Positions 20,035 through 34,052 of a stretch of 64,000 nucleotides of DNA are shown here, piece after piece. The notes below the pieces were generated by a model. The model was given only the letters and a program-made list of their open reading frames with translations. It was not told the origin of the DNA and searched no databases. The translations under genes and the position numbers were made by a program. Position 1 is the first letter of the stretch, and each line of letters begins with the position of its first letter. Origin of the DNA: Bdellovibrionales bacterium (GTDB lineage: Bacteria; Bdellovibrionota; Bdellovibrionia; Bdellovibrionales; UBA1609); NCBI GenBank assembly GCA_041690295.1, contig JAWLHR010000009.1, positions 55,770-119,769 on the forward strand, written 5' to 3'.

Positions 20035-21834
20035 GTGCAGCCCGAACTTATACGAAACTTCTCGATCATCGCGCACATTGACCATGGTAAATCGACGTTG
20101 GCTGACTGCCTTTTGACGGCCACGAAAACCATATCGGATCGTGAGAAGCGTCAGCAATTTCTCGATAACATGGATCTTGAGCGTGAGCGCGGGATCACGA
20201 TCAAGGCGCAAACGGTTCGTCTGAATTACACGGCGAAGGACGGGAAAACCTATCAGCTCAATCTGATCGACACTCCCGGGCACGTCGATTTCTCCTATGA
20301 GGTTTCACGGAGTTTGGCCGCCTGCGAGGGCGCCATTCTGGTGGTGGATGCGTCACAAGGCGTGGAAGCCCAAACCCTGGCCAATGTGTATCTGGCCCTC
20401 GAGAACAATCTCGAGATCATCCCGGTCTTGAACAAGATCGATCTGCCGGCGGCCGACCCCGAGGGAGTTAAAAAGCAAATTGAAGATGGGATCGGTCTGG
20501 ATACGTCGGATGCGATTTTGGCCAGCGCCAAGGAAATGAAAGGCATCGACGAGATCCTAGAGGCGGTGGTGAATAAGATTCCGCCGCCCAAGGCGGATCG
20601 GTCCAAAACTCTTCGGGCCCTGATTTTCGATTCCTGGTTTGACTCTTATCAGGGCGTGGTCACACTGGTGCGGGTGGTGGACGGCGTGGTGAGCGTCGGT
20701 GACAAGATCAAGTTCATGGCCACGGATAAAGAATACGAAGTGCTTAAGCTTGGCGTGTTCTCGCCCTATGCCACCAACCTGGAGCGCCTTGAAGCGGGTG
20801 AGGTCGGATTCATCATTTGTGGAATGAAGGATATTCGCGACGTGAAAGTCGGGGATACGGTCACCTCCGCGAAACGTCCGGCCGAGGCGCCCTTGCCGGG
20901 ATTTCAAAAAATCAAGCCCATGGTGTTTTCCGGAATCTTTCCGGTCGAGGCCTCGGATTTTCCCGACTTTAAAGAGGCGTTGGAAAAACTCACCTTGAAT
21001 GACTCGAGCTTGAGTTTTGAGCCGGAAACATCCGCCGCGTTGGGTTTTGGATTCCGCTGTGGATTTCTGGGATTGCTTCACATGGAAATCGTTCAGGAGC
21101 GGCTTGAGCGCGAGTTCAACCTGAATCTGATCACCACCGCGCCCACGGTTGTCTATCGAGTGGTGAAAACCGATGGCTCCGTGTTGGAGTTGGAAAATCC
21201 TTCGAAGCTGCCGCCGCCCACGGAGATCGACCGGATCGAGGAACCTTACGTCAAATTAAGCATTCACACACCCACGGAATTCATCGGTGGAATTCTGAAA
21301 CTTTGTGAAGACCGTCGCGGAGTACAGCTGAAAATGGATTACATCACCAGCAACAAGGTGATTATCGAATACAAGCTGCCGCTCAACGAAATGGTGTTGG
21401 ATTTTTATGATCGCTTGAAGTCCATTTCCAAGGGCTATGCGTCCATGGAGTATGAGCTGATGGGCTTCGAGCCGGGAGATCTGGTCAAAATGGATATCCT
21501 GATCAACGGTGATCCGGTGGACGCGCTTTCCGTGATCGTCCATCGCTCAAAAGCGGTTGCCCGCGGCCGGGCGTTGACGGCTAAACTTAAAGAACTGATT
21601 CCGCGGCAGCAATATCAAGTCGCGATTCAGGCGGCGATCGGGGCCAAGATTATCGCGCGCGAAACCTTGGGCGCCCTTCGCAAGGACGTGACGGCCAAGT
21701 GTTACGGCGGGGATATTTCCCGAAAACGTAAACTTTTGGAAAAACAGAAAGAGGGTAAGAAGCGCATGAAGGCGATCGGTCACGTTGATGTTCCGCAAGA
21801 AGCCTTCTTGGCGATTCTTAAGGTGGATGATTAG
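20035..21834 (+). CDS. lepA: Elongation factor 4 (LepA)
   Basis: [24 protein letters not shown]-terminal [25 protein letters not shown]. Confidence 0.98.
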   Translation: MQPELIRNFSIIAHIDHGKSTLADCLLTATKTISDREKRQQFLDNMDLERERGITIKAQTVRLNYTAKDGKTYQLNLIDTPGHVDFSYEVSRSLAACEGAILVVDASQGVEAQTLANVYLALENNLEIIPVLNKIDLPAADPEGVKKQIEDGIGLDTSDAILASAKEMKGIDEILEAVVNKIPPPKADRSKTLRALIFDSWFDSYQGVVTLVRVVDGVVSVGDKIKFMATDKEYEVLKLGVFSPYATNLERLEAGEVGFIICGMKDIRDVKVGDTVTSAKRPAEAPLPGFQKIKPMVFSGIFPVEASDFPDFKEALEKLTLNDSSLSFEPETSAALGFGFRCGFLGLLHMEIVQERLEREFNLNLITTAPTVVYRVVKTDGSVLELENPSKLPPPTEIDRIEEPYVKLSIHTPTEFIGGILKLCEDRRGVQLKMDYITSNKVIIEYKLPLNEMVLDFYDRLKSISKGYASMEYELMGFEPGDLVKMDILINGDPVDALSVIVHRSKAVARGRALTAKLKELIPRQQYQVAIQAAIGAKIIARETLGALRKDVTAKCYGGDISRKRKLLEKQKEGKKRMKAIGHVDVPQEAFLAILKVDD

Positions 21835-22592
21835 TGTCTCCTTTCACGCGGCGATTTTGGATTGAAGGCCCCGGTTCGTTCGCATTGGCCGTCGGCTTGG
21901 CGTTGCTTGTTCGCTGGGCTCTTTTCGAGGCCTATGTGATTCCGTCAACCAGTATGCTTCCCACCTTGCTGGTCAACGATCATATTTTCGTGAACAAAAT
22001 CATCTACGGCGTGCGCGCGCCGTTCAGCGAGAACTGGTTCGTGCAATGGCGCCATCCCGCCCGTGGCGAGGTGGTGGTGTTCAAGCATCCCGGTGATCGG
22101 GAAAAATATTTTATCAAGCGCGTCGTAGGCGTTCCGGGCGACCGGGTTCTATATGAAAACGGTCATCTTTACGTGAACGAAAAATTGGTGGAGCGCTCGA
22201 TTCCCCGCGCTCTTCGGGACGAATGGCAATGGTTGAGGGATTCGGATTTTCCCGGAGACGAGGAGATCGGGGGCCGGGCTCTTTATGTTCATTGGGAAGA
22301 GCAACTCGATCAGCGCCGCTATTCGATCCTGTTACGCAAGGAGACCGCCAATCCCACCACATTCGGTCCGGTGACGGTGCCTGATGGACAATATCTGGTG
22401 TTAGGCGACAATCGCGACAATTCGCAAGATAGCCGCGGTTGGGACGAAAACACGCGCTTCGTACCGCGCGAGCTTCTCATCGGTCGCGCCTCGATTGTCT
22501 GGCTGAGTTGTGAAACCACGTTGCCTGTGTTGACGTTTCTATGCAATCCTCTGAGCTTGCGGTGGGCGCGTTTTTTCCACTCAGTGGATTAG
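21834..22592 (+). CDS. lepB: Signal peptidase I (copy 1)
   Basis: IPSTSMLPTL (Ser), FIKRVVG (Lys), GDNRDNSQDSR. Confidence 0.95.
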   Translation: MSPFTRRFWIEGPGSFALAVGLALLVRWALFEAYVIPSTSMLPTLLVNDHIFVNKIIYGVRAPFSENWFVQWRHPARGEVVVFKHPGDREKYFIKRVVGVPGDRVLYENGHLYVNEKLVERSIPRALRDEWQWLRDSDFPGDEEIGGRALYVHWEEQLDQRRYSILLRKETANPTTFGPVTVPDGQYLVLGDNRDNSQDSRGWDENTRFVPRELLIGRASIVWLSCETTLPVLTFLCNPLSLRWARFFHSVD

Positions 22593-22623
22593 TTTTTGAC
22601 TCTTAAAGAAAGGTTCCTGGGCC

Positions 22624-23367
22624 ATGGCTAAGAAAAAAGCGAAATTCGGCGAAGGATTGGGATCATTTCTGCTCGCCGTTCTCGCGATTCTTTCGTTCCG
22701 GTGGTTGCTGTTTGAACCCTATGTCATTCCCTCCGGGAGCATGCTTCCCACGCTGTTGATTCACGATCATATTTTAGTCAGTAAATCTTCCTATGGCGTG
22801 AGAATTCCCTTCACCAAGCATTGGCTGTTCAAACGGGCGGATCCGAAGCGAGGTGACATCGTGGTCTTTCGTTCGGTGAAAGACGACGGATTTTTCCTGA
22901 TTAAGCGGGTGGTCGGCCTTCCCGGTGATCAGGTGTCGGTGGATGTGGAAGGGCGAGTGGCCATTAACGGAGAGAAGCTGCCTTACAAAGATCTCACTGT
23001 GACCGATGATCCCGCGTCGCAGAGCCCCTATTACCCGGTTAAAGAGTCCGATATCGGGATTGATTTTAACGAGGTGCAGTTTTTCGAAGAGGAATTAAAC
23101 GGAGTCGTGCATCGGGGACTCTTACGAAAGTCGATGGTTCGCTCCTACGAACAAACCTGGACCGTTCCGGAAGGTCATTACTTCTGTATGGGTGACAATC
23201 GGGATAATTCGGAAGACAGCCGCGTATGGAAGGCCCTCCCGCGAGAAAATTTGCTCGGAAAGGCGCTCTTCGTCTGGTTAAGCTGCGAAGAGACCCTGCC
23301 CTATTTGCAATTCCTCTGTAATCCCCTCACAATCAGATGGAGTCGGTTTTTTCACTCACTTGAATAA
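22624..23367 (+). CDS. lepB: Signal peptidase I (copy 2)
   Basis: IPSGSMLPTL, LIKRVVG, GDNRDNSEDSR. Confidence 0.95.
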   Translation: MAKKKAKFGEGLGSFLLAVLAILSFRWLLFEPYVIPSGSMLPTLLIHDHILVSKSSYGVRIPFTKHWLFKRADPKRGDIVVFRSVKDDGFFLIKRVVGLPGDQVSVDVEGRVAINGEKLPYKDLTVTDDPASQSPYYPVKESDIGIDFNEVQFFEEELNGVVHRGLLRKSMVRSYEQTWTVPEGHYFCMGDNRDNSEDSRVWKALPRENLLGKALFVWLSCEETLPYLQFLCNPLTIRWSRFFHSLE

Positions 23368-23373
23368 AACATA

Positions 23374-24009
23374 ATGAGCACCACGGACGCCGCAAAGAAG
23401 CAGTTCCATTTTCTCATACGCTACGTACTGCAATCCGCGGCGATCATTGTGATCTGTGCGGTTTTGATTCGGGTCTTTTTAATTTCATCGTACGTCATGT
23501 CCGGAGCGAGCATGCTGCCGAGCGTGTGGCCGGGTGATTTCCTCATCGGTTTCCGCTGGAGTGTGGGCGAACCCCGGAGAGGGGATGTGGTGGCTCTGCG
23601 TTGCCCGGGAGAACGTGAGCGGACTTGCCTTAAAAGGGTAGTGGCGGTGGCAGGGGATCGGGTGGAGTTTGCCGACGGGCGGCTTGTAGTCAATGGCCAG
23701 CCGGGCCGGTTAAAGCCGCTCAACAAGGAATTGGCCCTCGAGTCGGTTGGCGGGCGAAGCTGGGTCATCTGGCAACCCAGCCAACCCATCGCCTCCCGGG
23801 CCCCGTTGATTGTGCCGCCGCAACAAGTTTATCTCTTGAACGATAAACGGTCCGATGAAGAGGATTCCCGGTCCTGGGGTCCGGTGGCGCAGGAATACCT
23901 TGAGGCCAAAGTGAAATATGTATGGCTCTCTCTGGAGTGGTATAAGGGCCAGGAGGTACGAACCTGGCCGGCCGTGAGATGGCGTCGATTATTGCGTAGC
24001 ATCGATTGA
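23374..24009 (+). CDS. lepB: Signal peptidase I-like (copy 3, divergent box E)
   Basis: SGASMLPSV, CLKRVVA; box E altered to LNDKRSDEEDSRSWG. Confidence 0.85.
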   Translation: MSTTDAAKKQFHFLIRYVLQSAAIIVICAVLIRVFLISSYVMSGASMLPSVWPGDFLIGFRWSVGEPRRGDVVALRCPGERERTCLKRVVAVAGDRVEFADGRLVVNGQPGRLKPLNKELALESVGGRSWVIWQPSQPIASRAPLIVPPQQVYLLNDKRSDEEDSRSWGPVAQEYLEAKVKYVWLSLEWYKGQEVRTWPAVRWRRLLRSID

Positions 24010-24035
24010 CTCGCGCTTTAGCCAAGGTATACATT
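24006..24035 (+). promoter_or_regulatory. Candidate sigma70 promoter for pyrB (possibly leaderless)
   Basis: TTGACT-N18-TACATT, 7 nt before the pyrB ATG; no SD present. Confidence 0.45.
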
Positions 24036-24042
24036 TCTGGCA

Positions 24043-24999
24043 ATGTCCATTGTAGGTGAATCGTTTCTCAGTTCCGAGCAACTCGCGGATAGTGACCTCG
24101 CACAAATTTTTTCCAGGGCATCTCTTTTTAAAAATGAATTCGATAACCGAGGCCGATTCGATCACCTGATCAAACCCGTCGAAGGCAGGGATCAGAAGAT
24201 CGTGGCATTGGTTTTTTCCGAGCCGAGCACGAGAACACGAATGAGTTTTCAGATCGCGGCGGCGCGATTGGGAATTCGTTCCTTCAGCCTTGATAATCCG
24301 CGCTCCGCGAGTCTCAGCAAGGGCGAGACGCTGGAAGATACGTTCCGCAATATCGGCGCGATGAGGCCGGACCTGATGGTCGTCAGGTACAATACGAGCC
24401 TTGATGCCGATCAGGTGATACGCCAGCTGCCGTGTCCCGTGATCAGCGGTGGTATAGGCACATCCGAACATCCCACCCAAGCTCTTTTGGATGCGTTCAC
24501 GATTCAGGAAAAGCGCGGCCAAGTGCGCGATGAGCGGATTTTGATCGTCGGTGATGTTTTGCATAGCCGGGTGGCGAACTCGAACCTTTTGCTGTTGAGG
24601 CGAATGGGCGCGGAAGTGGCCTTCTGCGCGCCTGAGGAATTCGAACCGAAAAATGAGAATTGGAAAGGCGTGCGCAGCTTCGCCCAATTGCGTGAAGGCA
24701 TTGAGTGGGCCACGGTGATCATGGCGTTGCGCGTGCAAAAAGAGCGTCACCATGATGGCAGCGGCTTCGGTATGTCCATGGCGGAGTATCGCGAACGTTA
24801 TCGGGTGGGAGCGGATTTGCTGAAAAATTTCCGCCAAGATGGAATTCTTCTCCATCCCGGGCCAGTGATCCGCGGGGTTGATCTCTCTCCCACCGTGCTC
24901 GAAGATCCGCGTTGCAAGGTTTTGGACCAGGTCACGAATGGAGTTTTCATCCGGGCCTCCCTGATGTCGCTCATCCTGGGTTTTGAGGTAAATGAGTGA
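24043..24999 (+). CDS. pyrB: Aspartate carbamoyltransferase catalytic subunit
   Basis: FSEPSTRTRMSF, KGETLEDT, HPTQALLD, GDVLHSRVANS, LRVQKER, HPGP. Confidence 0.96.
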   Translation: MSIVGESFLSSEQLADSDLAQIFSRASLFKNEFDNRGRFDHLIKPVEGRDQKIVALVFSEPSTRTRMSFQIAAARLGIRSFSLDNPRSASLSKGETLEDTFRNIGAMRPDLMVVRYNTSLDADQVIRQLPCPVISGGIGTSEHPTQALLDAFTIQEKRGQVRDERILIVGDVLHSRVANSNLLLLRRMGAEVAFCAPEEFEPKNENWKGVRSFAQLREGIEWATVIMALRVQKERHHDGSGFGMSMAEYRERYRVGADLLKNFRQDGILLHPGPVIRGVDLSPTVLEDPRCKVLDQVTNGVFIRASLMSLILGFEVNE

Positions 25000-26075
25000 A
25001 AGCCGAAAAAGGGTATTTAGTATTGGAGTCGGGCGAAATTTTCCCCGGCTTATGGCACTCAAGCGCCGCGAAGGAACGGGCCGGCGAAGTTGTTTTTAAT
25101 ACCGGCCACAGTGGCTATGAAGAAATGGCCACCGACCCTTCTTATTATCACCAGATTCTGGTGCTGACGGCGCCTCAGCAGGGCAATTACGGCCAGGATC
25201 ATTCGGTTTGGGAATCGCGCAAAATCTGGATTGAAGGTTTCGTTTGCGTGGAGATGCAGAATTCTTCCCGCGAAAGTTCGTGGCAAAAGAAACTGTCGGA
25301 AGAACAAATTCCCATACTGACGGATGTGGACACCCGCAGTCTGGTTCTGCGCTTGCGCGACGCGGGAACCCAGTGGGGCGCCCTTGTCCGCACCGCCGAT
25401 CCCAATGAGGCCGTGGCGCGCGCCAAACGTTTGATCGACGAAAAGAAGAGCATGGATCGGGATTGGGTGTATCAAGTGTCCCGCCGGGAGGAAGAAACCC
25501 GACCCGGAAAAAATCCGCGCGGTCCCCGGATCGCGGTTCTCGATTTGGGTTGCAAGGAGAACACGATTCGTGAACTGGTGGCCCGGTGTTCAGAAGTTCG
25601 CGTTTTTCCGGCGCGCACGCCGGCGGAAAAGATTCGCGCTTACGCTCCCGACGGAATTCTCCTTTCCAACGGCCCCGGTGATCCCGTGGATGTGCAAGTC
25701 GCCGCCGACACCGTGAAATCACTGCTCGGATGGCGATTCATTTTCGGCATTTGCATGGGACATCAGATTCTTGGCCGCGCGCTTGGCGGGGAAACTTACA
25801 AATTGAAGTTCGGTCATCGGGGTTCCAATCACCCGATCAAAGACAAAATTTTAAACAGAATTTATATGACAAGCCAGAACCACGGGTACGCGGTGGCGAT
25901 GGAATCGCTACCTCCGTCCGTGCAGGTTTCACACGTGAACCTCAATGACAACACGGTGGCGGGAATCTTTGATCCGTCCCGCAAAGCTCTGAGTGTTCAA
26001 TTTCACCCGGAAAGTCATCCGGGCCCGGTTGATGCGGTTGAGTTGTTTGATTTCTTCGTGAGGCAGACACAATGA
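24996..26075 (+). CDS. carA: Carbamoyl-phosphate synthase small subunit
   Basis: GEVVFNTG..GY, SNGPGDP, GICMGHQ (catalytic Cys), SQNHGYAV, QFHPE. Confidence 0.97.
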   Translation: MKAEKGYLVLESGEIFPGLWHSSAAKERAGEVVFNTGHSGYEEMATDPSYYHQILVLTAPQQGNYGQDHSVWESRKIWIEGFVCVEMQNSSRESSWQKKLSEEQIPILTDVDTRSLVLRLRDAGTQWGALVRTADPNEAVARAKRLIDEKKSMDRDWVYQVSRREEETRPGKNPRGPRIAVLDLGCKENTIRELVARCSEVRVFPARTPAEKIRAYAPDGILLSNGPGDPVDVQVAADTVKSLLGWRFIFGICMGHQILGRALGGETYKLKFGHRGSNHPIKDKILNRIYMTSQNHGYAVAMESLPPSVQVSHVNLNDNTVAGIFDPSRKALSVQFHPESHPGPVDAVELFDFFVRQTQ

Positions 26076-26728
26076 ACTACGAGATCTACATCGAGAAGTT
26101 GATGCAACACTACACGGGCGAAAACTATTTGCCGGAGGTTCAAGCGGCCAAGGAGGATTTCTTCGAGACGGCCGGGACCTTCGATGAAGGCAGCGTGGAT
26201 TTCGAAACGAAAATGGCGCAATTCACCGATTGGTATCTCTTCACCCGGCGAATGAATTCCACCGGCCGGGTTTCGGTGGAAATGGTTTTGGACGATCCGT
26301 CTTACAAAATCACCGAAGAGGAGAGGGCCGCGTATCTGAATCTACGTAACTCGCGCCATAGTTTGTTCGAGTTCCTCAAAATGAAGGGGAATGACATTTA
26401 CGTGCGTGACCTGTTCACCAGTTTCAAATATGTGATTCGCGAATCGCGCCTCACGCACGGGTTCAACAAGGACGAATATTTCGAAGCGCGCCTGATTCCC
26501 CACAACGGGGGCTTCGTGTTTTCAAACGCGTTCTGCTTTCACCCTTCGGCGGTCTGCAAGTTCATCATGAAAGAAATCAAACGGGTTAATAAGCTGCCCG
26601 AAGAGGATCAGGCCATGGCCCGCGAGGAGTTGATCGCGAGGCTCTTTAAAATGAAAAACAAGTACGAACAGTATAAACATTTGGATATTCATTCGATTTA
26701 TTCGAATGAATCGAAATTGAGATTATAA
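26072..26728 (+). CDS. Hypothetical cytoplasmic protein between carA and carB
   Basis: 218 aa; ATGA overlap with carA; carB starts 1 nt after its stop; codon style like neighbours. Confidence 0.8.
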   Translation: MNYEIYIEKLMQHYTGENYLPEVQAAKEDFFETAGTFDEGSVDFETKMAQFTDWYLFTRRMNSTGRVSVEMVLDDPSYKITEEERAAYLNLRNSRHSLFEFLKMKGNDIYVRDLFTSFKYVIRESRLTHGFNKDEYFEARLIPHNGGFVFSNAFCFHPSAVCKFIMKEIKRVNKLPEEDQAMAREELIARLFKMKNKYEQYKHLDIHSIYSNESKLRL

Positions 26729-26729
26729 A

Positions 26730-29896
<3,167 letters not shown>

Positions 29897-29900
<4 letters not shown>

Positions 29901-30775
29901 ATTTACTGACAGTCAACGAACTGAAGAAATCATACTCGAAAGGTTTGATTCCTAAACGCACGCAGGTGTTGAAGGGGTTGAACTTTTCCGTTCCAGCCGG
30001 AACAATCACGGGCTTTCTTGGCGCCAACGGCGCCGGTAAAACAACGACCATGCGCTGTATTCTGGGTCTGGATCATCTGGACTCGGGAGAGGTTCTCTTT
30101 TTCGGTCAGCCGCTGAACACTCTCAGCCGCAAGCGGATCGGTTTTTTACCTGAGCGACCCTATTTTTACGAACATCTCACCGGTCGTGAGTTCCTGGAAT
30201 TTTACGCCTGTTTAACTTCAGCTTGGAAAAAGAGCGTCCTCAATGACCGCATTGACGAGCTTCTCAAGCGTGTGGATCTTTCGTTCGCCAAGGATCGACC
30301 CCTACGGAATTATTCCAAGGGAATGTTACAAAAAATCGGACTGGCGCAGGCGCTGATTCACGATCCGGAACTGGTGATTTTGGACGAACCGATGTCGGGT
30401 TTGGATCCCGACGGCCGATGGGCCTTGGCGGAGCTGATCGTTGAAACCGCCAAACGGGGGCCGGCGGTGTTTTTCAGCAGTCACCATTTACATGACACCG
30501 AACTCTTATGCCGCCGGCTCGTGGTGATTAAAGACGGGCATACCATTTTTGAAGGCGCCACCGAGGACCTTCTGGATCGTGGCGGGGTGGAATTTGAAAT
30601 CACCTATCTCGAGGCGGGAAAACGGCAAAGCCGCCGGGTCCCCACTCACGATCAGGTTCAACCGATCCTCAAAGAGTTGATCAATCAGGGCGCGGAAATT
30701 TTTGAAGTGCGCCGACTGCGATCCACCCTGGAAGAAATTTTCGTTCGCATGGCTCTGAAAGGGGGACGAAAATGA
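29897..30775 (+). CDS. pilH: ABC transporter ATPase, type IV pilus-associated PilH-like
   Basis: [47 protein letters not shown]; upstream of pilI/pilD as in Myxococcota. Confidence 0.8.
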
Positions 30776-31539
30776 GGGCCATTTGGGTTTTGGCGATGAA
30801 CACCTACAGGGAAGTGATCCGAGACCGGATTCTGTACGGACTCGTGCTTTTCGCCATTCTTTTGATCGGCCTCAGTCTGGCGCTCGGCCAATTAAGCTTC
30901 GCCGAGCAATCACGGATTTCGGCCAATTTCGGATTGAGCGCCATACATTTGGTGGCCGTGGCTTTGGCCATCTTCGTGGGTAGCACCCTGGTTTATAAGG
31001 AAATCGAGAAGAAGACGATATTAACGATTCTTGTCCGCCCCATCACGCGCGCGCAGTTCATCTTGGGAAAAACTTTGGGTTTGGCGCTATTGATTCTCAC
31101 CATGATCTTGGGTTTGGCGCTGGTTCTGGTTTTGGTTTTTCTGTTCCTCGACAAGCCGCTGGATAGCCGCCTGGCGTGGGTGCTTTTGGGATTGCTTTGC
31201 GAATCCCTGGTGCTCCTTGGCGTGACCCTGGTATTTTCAATGGTGACGAGACCCATTCTGGTCGTCTCTTTCTCAATTGGAATTTTTCTCATCGGGCATT
31301 GGCAAAACAGTCTTGAATTTTTCGCGCGCAAAGATGAAGGGGGAGTTCTCTCCGCCGTTCATTGGCTTTCGAACCGTTTTCTTCCCAACCTGGAAAGAGT
31401 CAATTGGAAAGATTTAGTGTTGTACGATCAGCCGGTTGAACATCTGGCGAAACTGCAATCGGTCGGTTACAGCCTGGCTTGGTTCGGACTTTGTATCGCT
31501 CTTTCCGCTTTCATATTCAGGAAAAAAGATGTGGGTTGA
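30772..31539 (+). CDS. pilI: ABC-2 type permease, PilI-like
   Basis: NTYREVIRDRILY, EIEKKTILTILVRPITR, multiple TMs, C-terminal FRKKD. Confidence 0.8.
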   Translation: MRAIWVLAMNTYREVIRDRILYGLVLFAILLIGLSLALGQLSFAEQSRISANFGLSAIHLVAVALAIFVGSTLVYKEIEKKTILTILVRPITRAQFILGKTLGLALLILTMILGLALVLVLVFLFLDKPLDSRLAWVLLGLLCESLVLLGVTLVFSMVTRPILVVSFSIGIFLIGHWQNSLEFFARKDEGGVLSAVHWLSNRFLPNLERVNWKDLVLYDQPVEHLAKLQSVGYSLAWFGLCIALSAFIFRKKDVG

Positions 31540-32317
31540 AACGGCGCTGGCTTTTATTTTCGGATTGATTTGGGGAAGCTTCAGTAATGTGGTGATACAC
31601 CGTTTGCCGCAAGGGTTGAGCGTGGTGCGACCGCGAAGTCACTGCCCCAAGTGTAAAGCGCCGATCCGCTGGTACGATAATATTCCGGTCTTGTCCTGGA
31701 TTTTTCTGGGGGCCAAGTGCCGGGCCTGCAAAGCACCCATTTCCTGGCGATATCCCTTCGTGGAGTTATTGACCGGGATTGTCTTCGCGGCCGTCGTGTG
31801 GAAGTACGGATACCAATGGTACACAATCGAGCTCATCTATTTTTGTTGGGCACTGATCGTGGTTTCGTTCATTGACATTGATCATTTCATTCTTCCCGAT
31901 GTGTTCACACTTTCCGGGATCGTGATCGGGCTCGCGGGCGCGGCGCTGAATCCGGAACGTGAGTTCCTTCCGGCGCTTTTCGGCGTCTTGATGGGCGGCG
32001 GTTTTCTCTGGGCTCTCGCGTATCTTTACTTCTTGTGGAGAAAAGAAGAAGGAATGGGTGGCGGCGATATCAAGCTTCTGGCTTGGATCGGCGCCGTACT
32101 GGGCTGGACGTCGGTACCGTTCGTGATCATGGTTTCATCCTTGATTGGAAGTGTGGTTGGAATCGCGTATGCGATTCGTTCCAAAGCTGGTCTTAAGTCA
32201 GTGATTCCATTCGGACCGTACTTGGCTTTAGCCGCGATCCTCTATCTTTTAGGCGGAGAACAGATCGCGCTTTGGTACATAAGTCTGTTTTCTATTCCGC
32301 TCTCCCCGGTCAATTGA
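31529..32317 (+). CDS. pilD: Prepilin peptidase / N-methyltransferase
   Basis: GSFSNVVIHRLP, SHCPKC...CRAC Zn site, IDIDH, GMGGGDIKL, IPFGPYL; ATG 31529 preferred over track start 31436. Confidence 0.95.
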   Translation: MWVETALAFIFGLIWGSFSNVVIHRLPQGLSVVRPRSHCPKCKAPIRWYDNIPVLSWIFLGAKCRACKAPISWRYPFVELLTGIVFAAVVWKYGYQWYTIELIYFCWALIVVSFIDIDHFILPDVFTLSGIVIGLAGAALNPEREFLPALFGVLMGGGFLWALAYLYFLWRKEEGMGGGDIKLLAWIGAVLGWTSVPFVIMVSSLIGSVVGIAYAIRSKAGLKSVIPFGPYLALAAILYLLGGEQIALWYISLFSIPLSPVN

Positions 32318-32342
32318 CAAGATTTTGGCGGTCCGATTTAAT
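32314..32342 (+). promoter_or_regulatory. Candidate sigma70 promoter of pilMNOPQ
   Basis: TTGACA-N17-TTTAAT; GAGG SD before pilM. Confidence 0.55.
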
Positions 32343-32387
32343 TTTTAATGGGTAGAAGGTCTTAACGCGGCTTGAGGCGGCATCACT

Positions 32388-33443
32388 ATGTTTTTTCAGT
32401 CCAAAAAATTGATCGGACTCGACATTGGCACGGCCAATATTAAGATGGCCGAGCTAGATGTTTCCCGCAAGTCCGCGACGTTGACCTCGTTCGCGATCAT
32501 GCCCACTCCGGCGCGCGCGATCAACGGCGGTGAAATTTCCGACCCAGCGGCGATCTCCGACACTTTGAAATCCATGCTGATGAATCTCAAAACCAAGCGC
32601 AAGATGGTTTCGGTCGCGCTCTGGGGATCAAGTGTCATCACCAAACGCATCGGCATTCCCATGATGGACGAGAAGCTGGTGGCTGGCCAGATCAAGTGGG
32701 AAGCTGAGCAGTACATTCCCTTTGATATCAGTGAAGTGAACATTGATTACAAAATCCTTAAACAATTCCAGTCGAGTCCTGAGACAATGGATATTTTGCT
32801 GGTCGCGGCCCGACAGGACGTGGCCTTCTTGTATCAGGACATCGTGCAGAGCGCGGGCCTGGAATGTTCGGTGATCGACGTGAGCGGCTTCGCGCTCGCC
32901 AATTGTTATCTTCACAACTGGCGTTCACAAAAAGGCCAGACCGTCGCCTTGTTGAATCTCGGTGCCGCGATTTCCAATTTCATCGTTATTGAAAATGATG
33001 AAGTGATTTTCTGTCGTGACATTCCCGTCGGCGGACTTGCGTACACGACGGAAATTCACAAAGCCATGGGTATGAGCATGGAAGAGGCGGAAGCGTTGAA
33101 GATCTCCGCCTGTACCGGTCGGGCGGCGCCCGAGGATGTCACCCGTATCATTCAATCCACCCATGAGTTGATCGCCGAGGAAGTGCAAAGCAGTTTGGAC
33201 TTTTTCGCCAATACGACGCCCGGCTTGCCGGTGAAGCAATGTTTCGTCACCGGTGGAGCGAGCCGGACTCTGGGTTTGATTCCGTTCATCAGTAAGCACA
33301 CGAAACTGAATCTCGAAGGTTTTGATCCGTTCCGCGAAATTCGCGTGAATGATCGTGTGATGGGGCCGGATTACGTGGCCGAGATACGGGATTTCGCTTC
33401 GGTCGCGATTGGACTGGGATTACGGTCTCCGGGGGATAACTGA
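32388..33443 (+). CDS. pilM: Type IV pilus assembly protein PilM
   Basis: IGLDIG, WEAEQYIPFDISEVNIDY, VTGG, AIGLGLR. Confidence 0.95.
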   Translation: MFFQSKKLIGLDIGTANIKMAELDVSRKSATLTSFAIMPTPARAINGGEISDPAAISDTLKSMLMNLKTKRKMVSVALWGSSVITKRIGIPMMDEKLVAGQIKWEAEQYIPFDISEVNIDYKILKQFQSSPETMDILLVAARQDVAFLYQDIVQSAGLECSVIDVSGFALANCYLHNWRSQKGQTVALLNLGAAISNFIVIENDEVIFCRDIPVGGLAYTTEIHKAMGMSMEEAEALKISACTGRAAPEDVTRIIQSTHELIAEEVQSSLDFFANTTPGLPVKQCFVTGGASRTLGLIPFISKHTKLNLEGFDPFREIRVNDRVMGPDYVAEIRDFASVAIGLGLRSPGDN

Positions 33444-33446
33444 ACC

Positions 33447-34052
33447 ATGATTCGCGTTAACCTGCTCAAAAACAGAGTCTCTGAACAGGCCACCGTGGTT
33501 CAGTCGTCAGGCGGCGGCAGTGAGATGCGGGATAACATCGTCAAGATCGTTTTCCTGGCCGTCTTCACGGTGGGCCTCATGGTCTATGAAGGACAGATGA
33601 TCCGCAAGCTCAACGACGACAATAACCGTCTGCAAGTCCGGTTGAATGAATTGGAAGCCGAAGCGGCGGCCAAGGCGCGCGAAACCGACACCGTCAGAGA
33701 TGTGGAAAAGCAGGCGAGGGAGCTTGAGGACAAACTTAAGATTTTGAAATTGCTTTCGCGGCTGCGCTTGAGGGAGGTCAAAACCCTCGATTTCATGCAG
33801 AGCTCGATTCCGGAAAAGGTATGGCTTAGAACAATCAATTTCGAATCGAACGAGGATCAGGTTGATGATGGAAGTTACCAGTTCACCGGCCGGGCCGTCG
33901 GCACGGAAGATCTCTCGGAGTTCGTGAAGCGACTGGAGGAGAGCGCTTATCTGCGTGAAGTGATCGTGGTCAAAAATCAGGAAGTGACGTTGCAAGGGAA
34001 AGCCGTTGTCCGGGATTTCACTTTCACGGCGGAAGTGGAGAACAGGCAGTGA
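33447..34052 (+). CDS. pilN: Type IV pilus assembly protein PilN
   Basis: MIRVNLL PilM-binding motif, TM, coiled coil, IPEKVWL. Confidence 0.92.
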   Translation: MIRVNLLKNRVSEQATVVQSSGGGSEMRDNIVKIVFLAVFTVGLMVYEGQMIRKLNDDNNRLQVRLNELEAEAAAKARETDTVRDVEKQARELEDKLKILKLLSRLRLREVKTLDFMQSSIPEKVWLRTINFESNEDQVDDGSYQFTGRAVGTEDLSEFVKRLEESAYLREVIVVKNQEVTLQGKAVVRDFTFTAEVENRQ

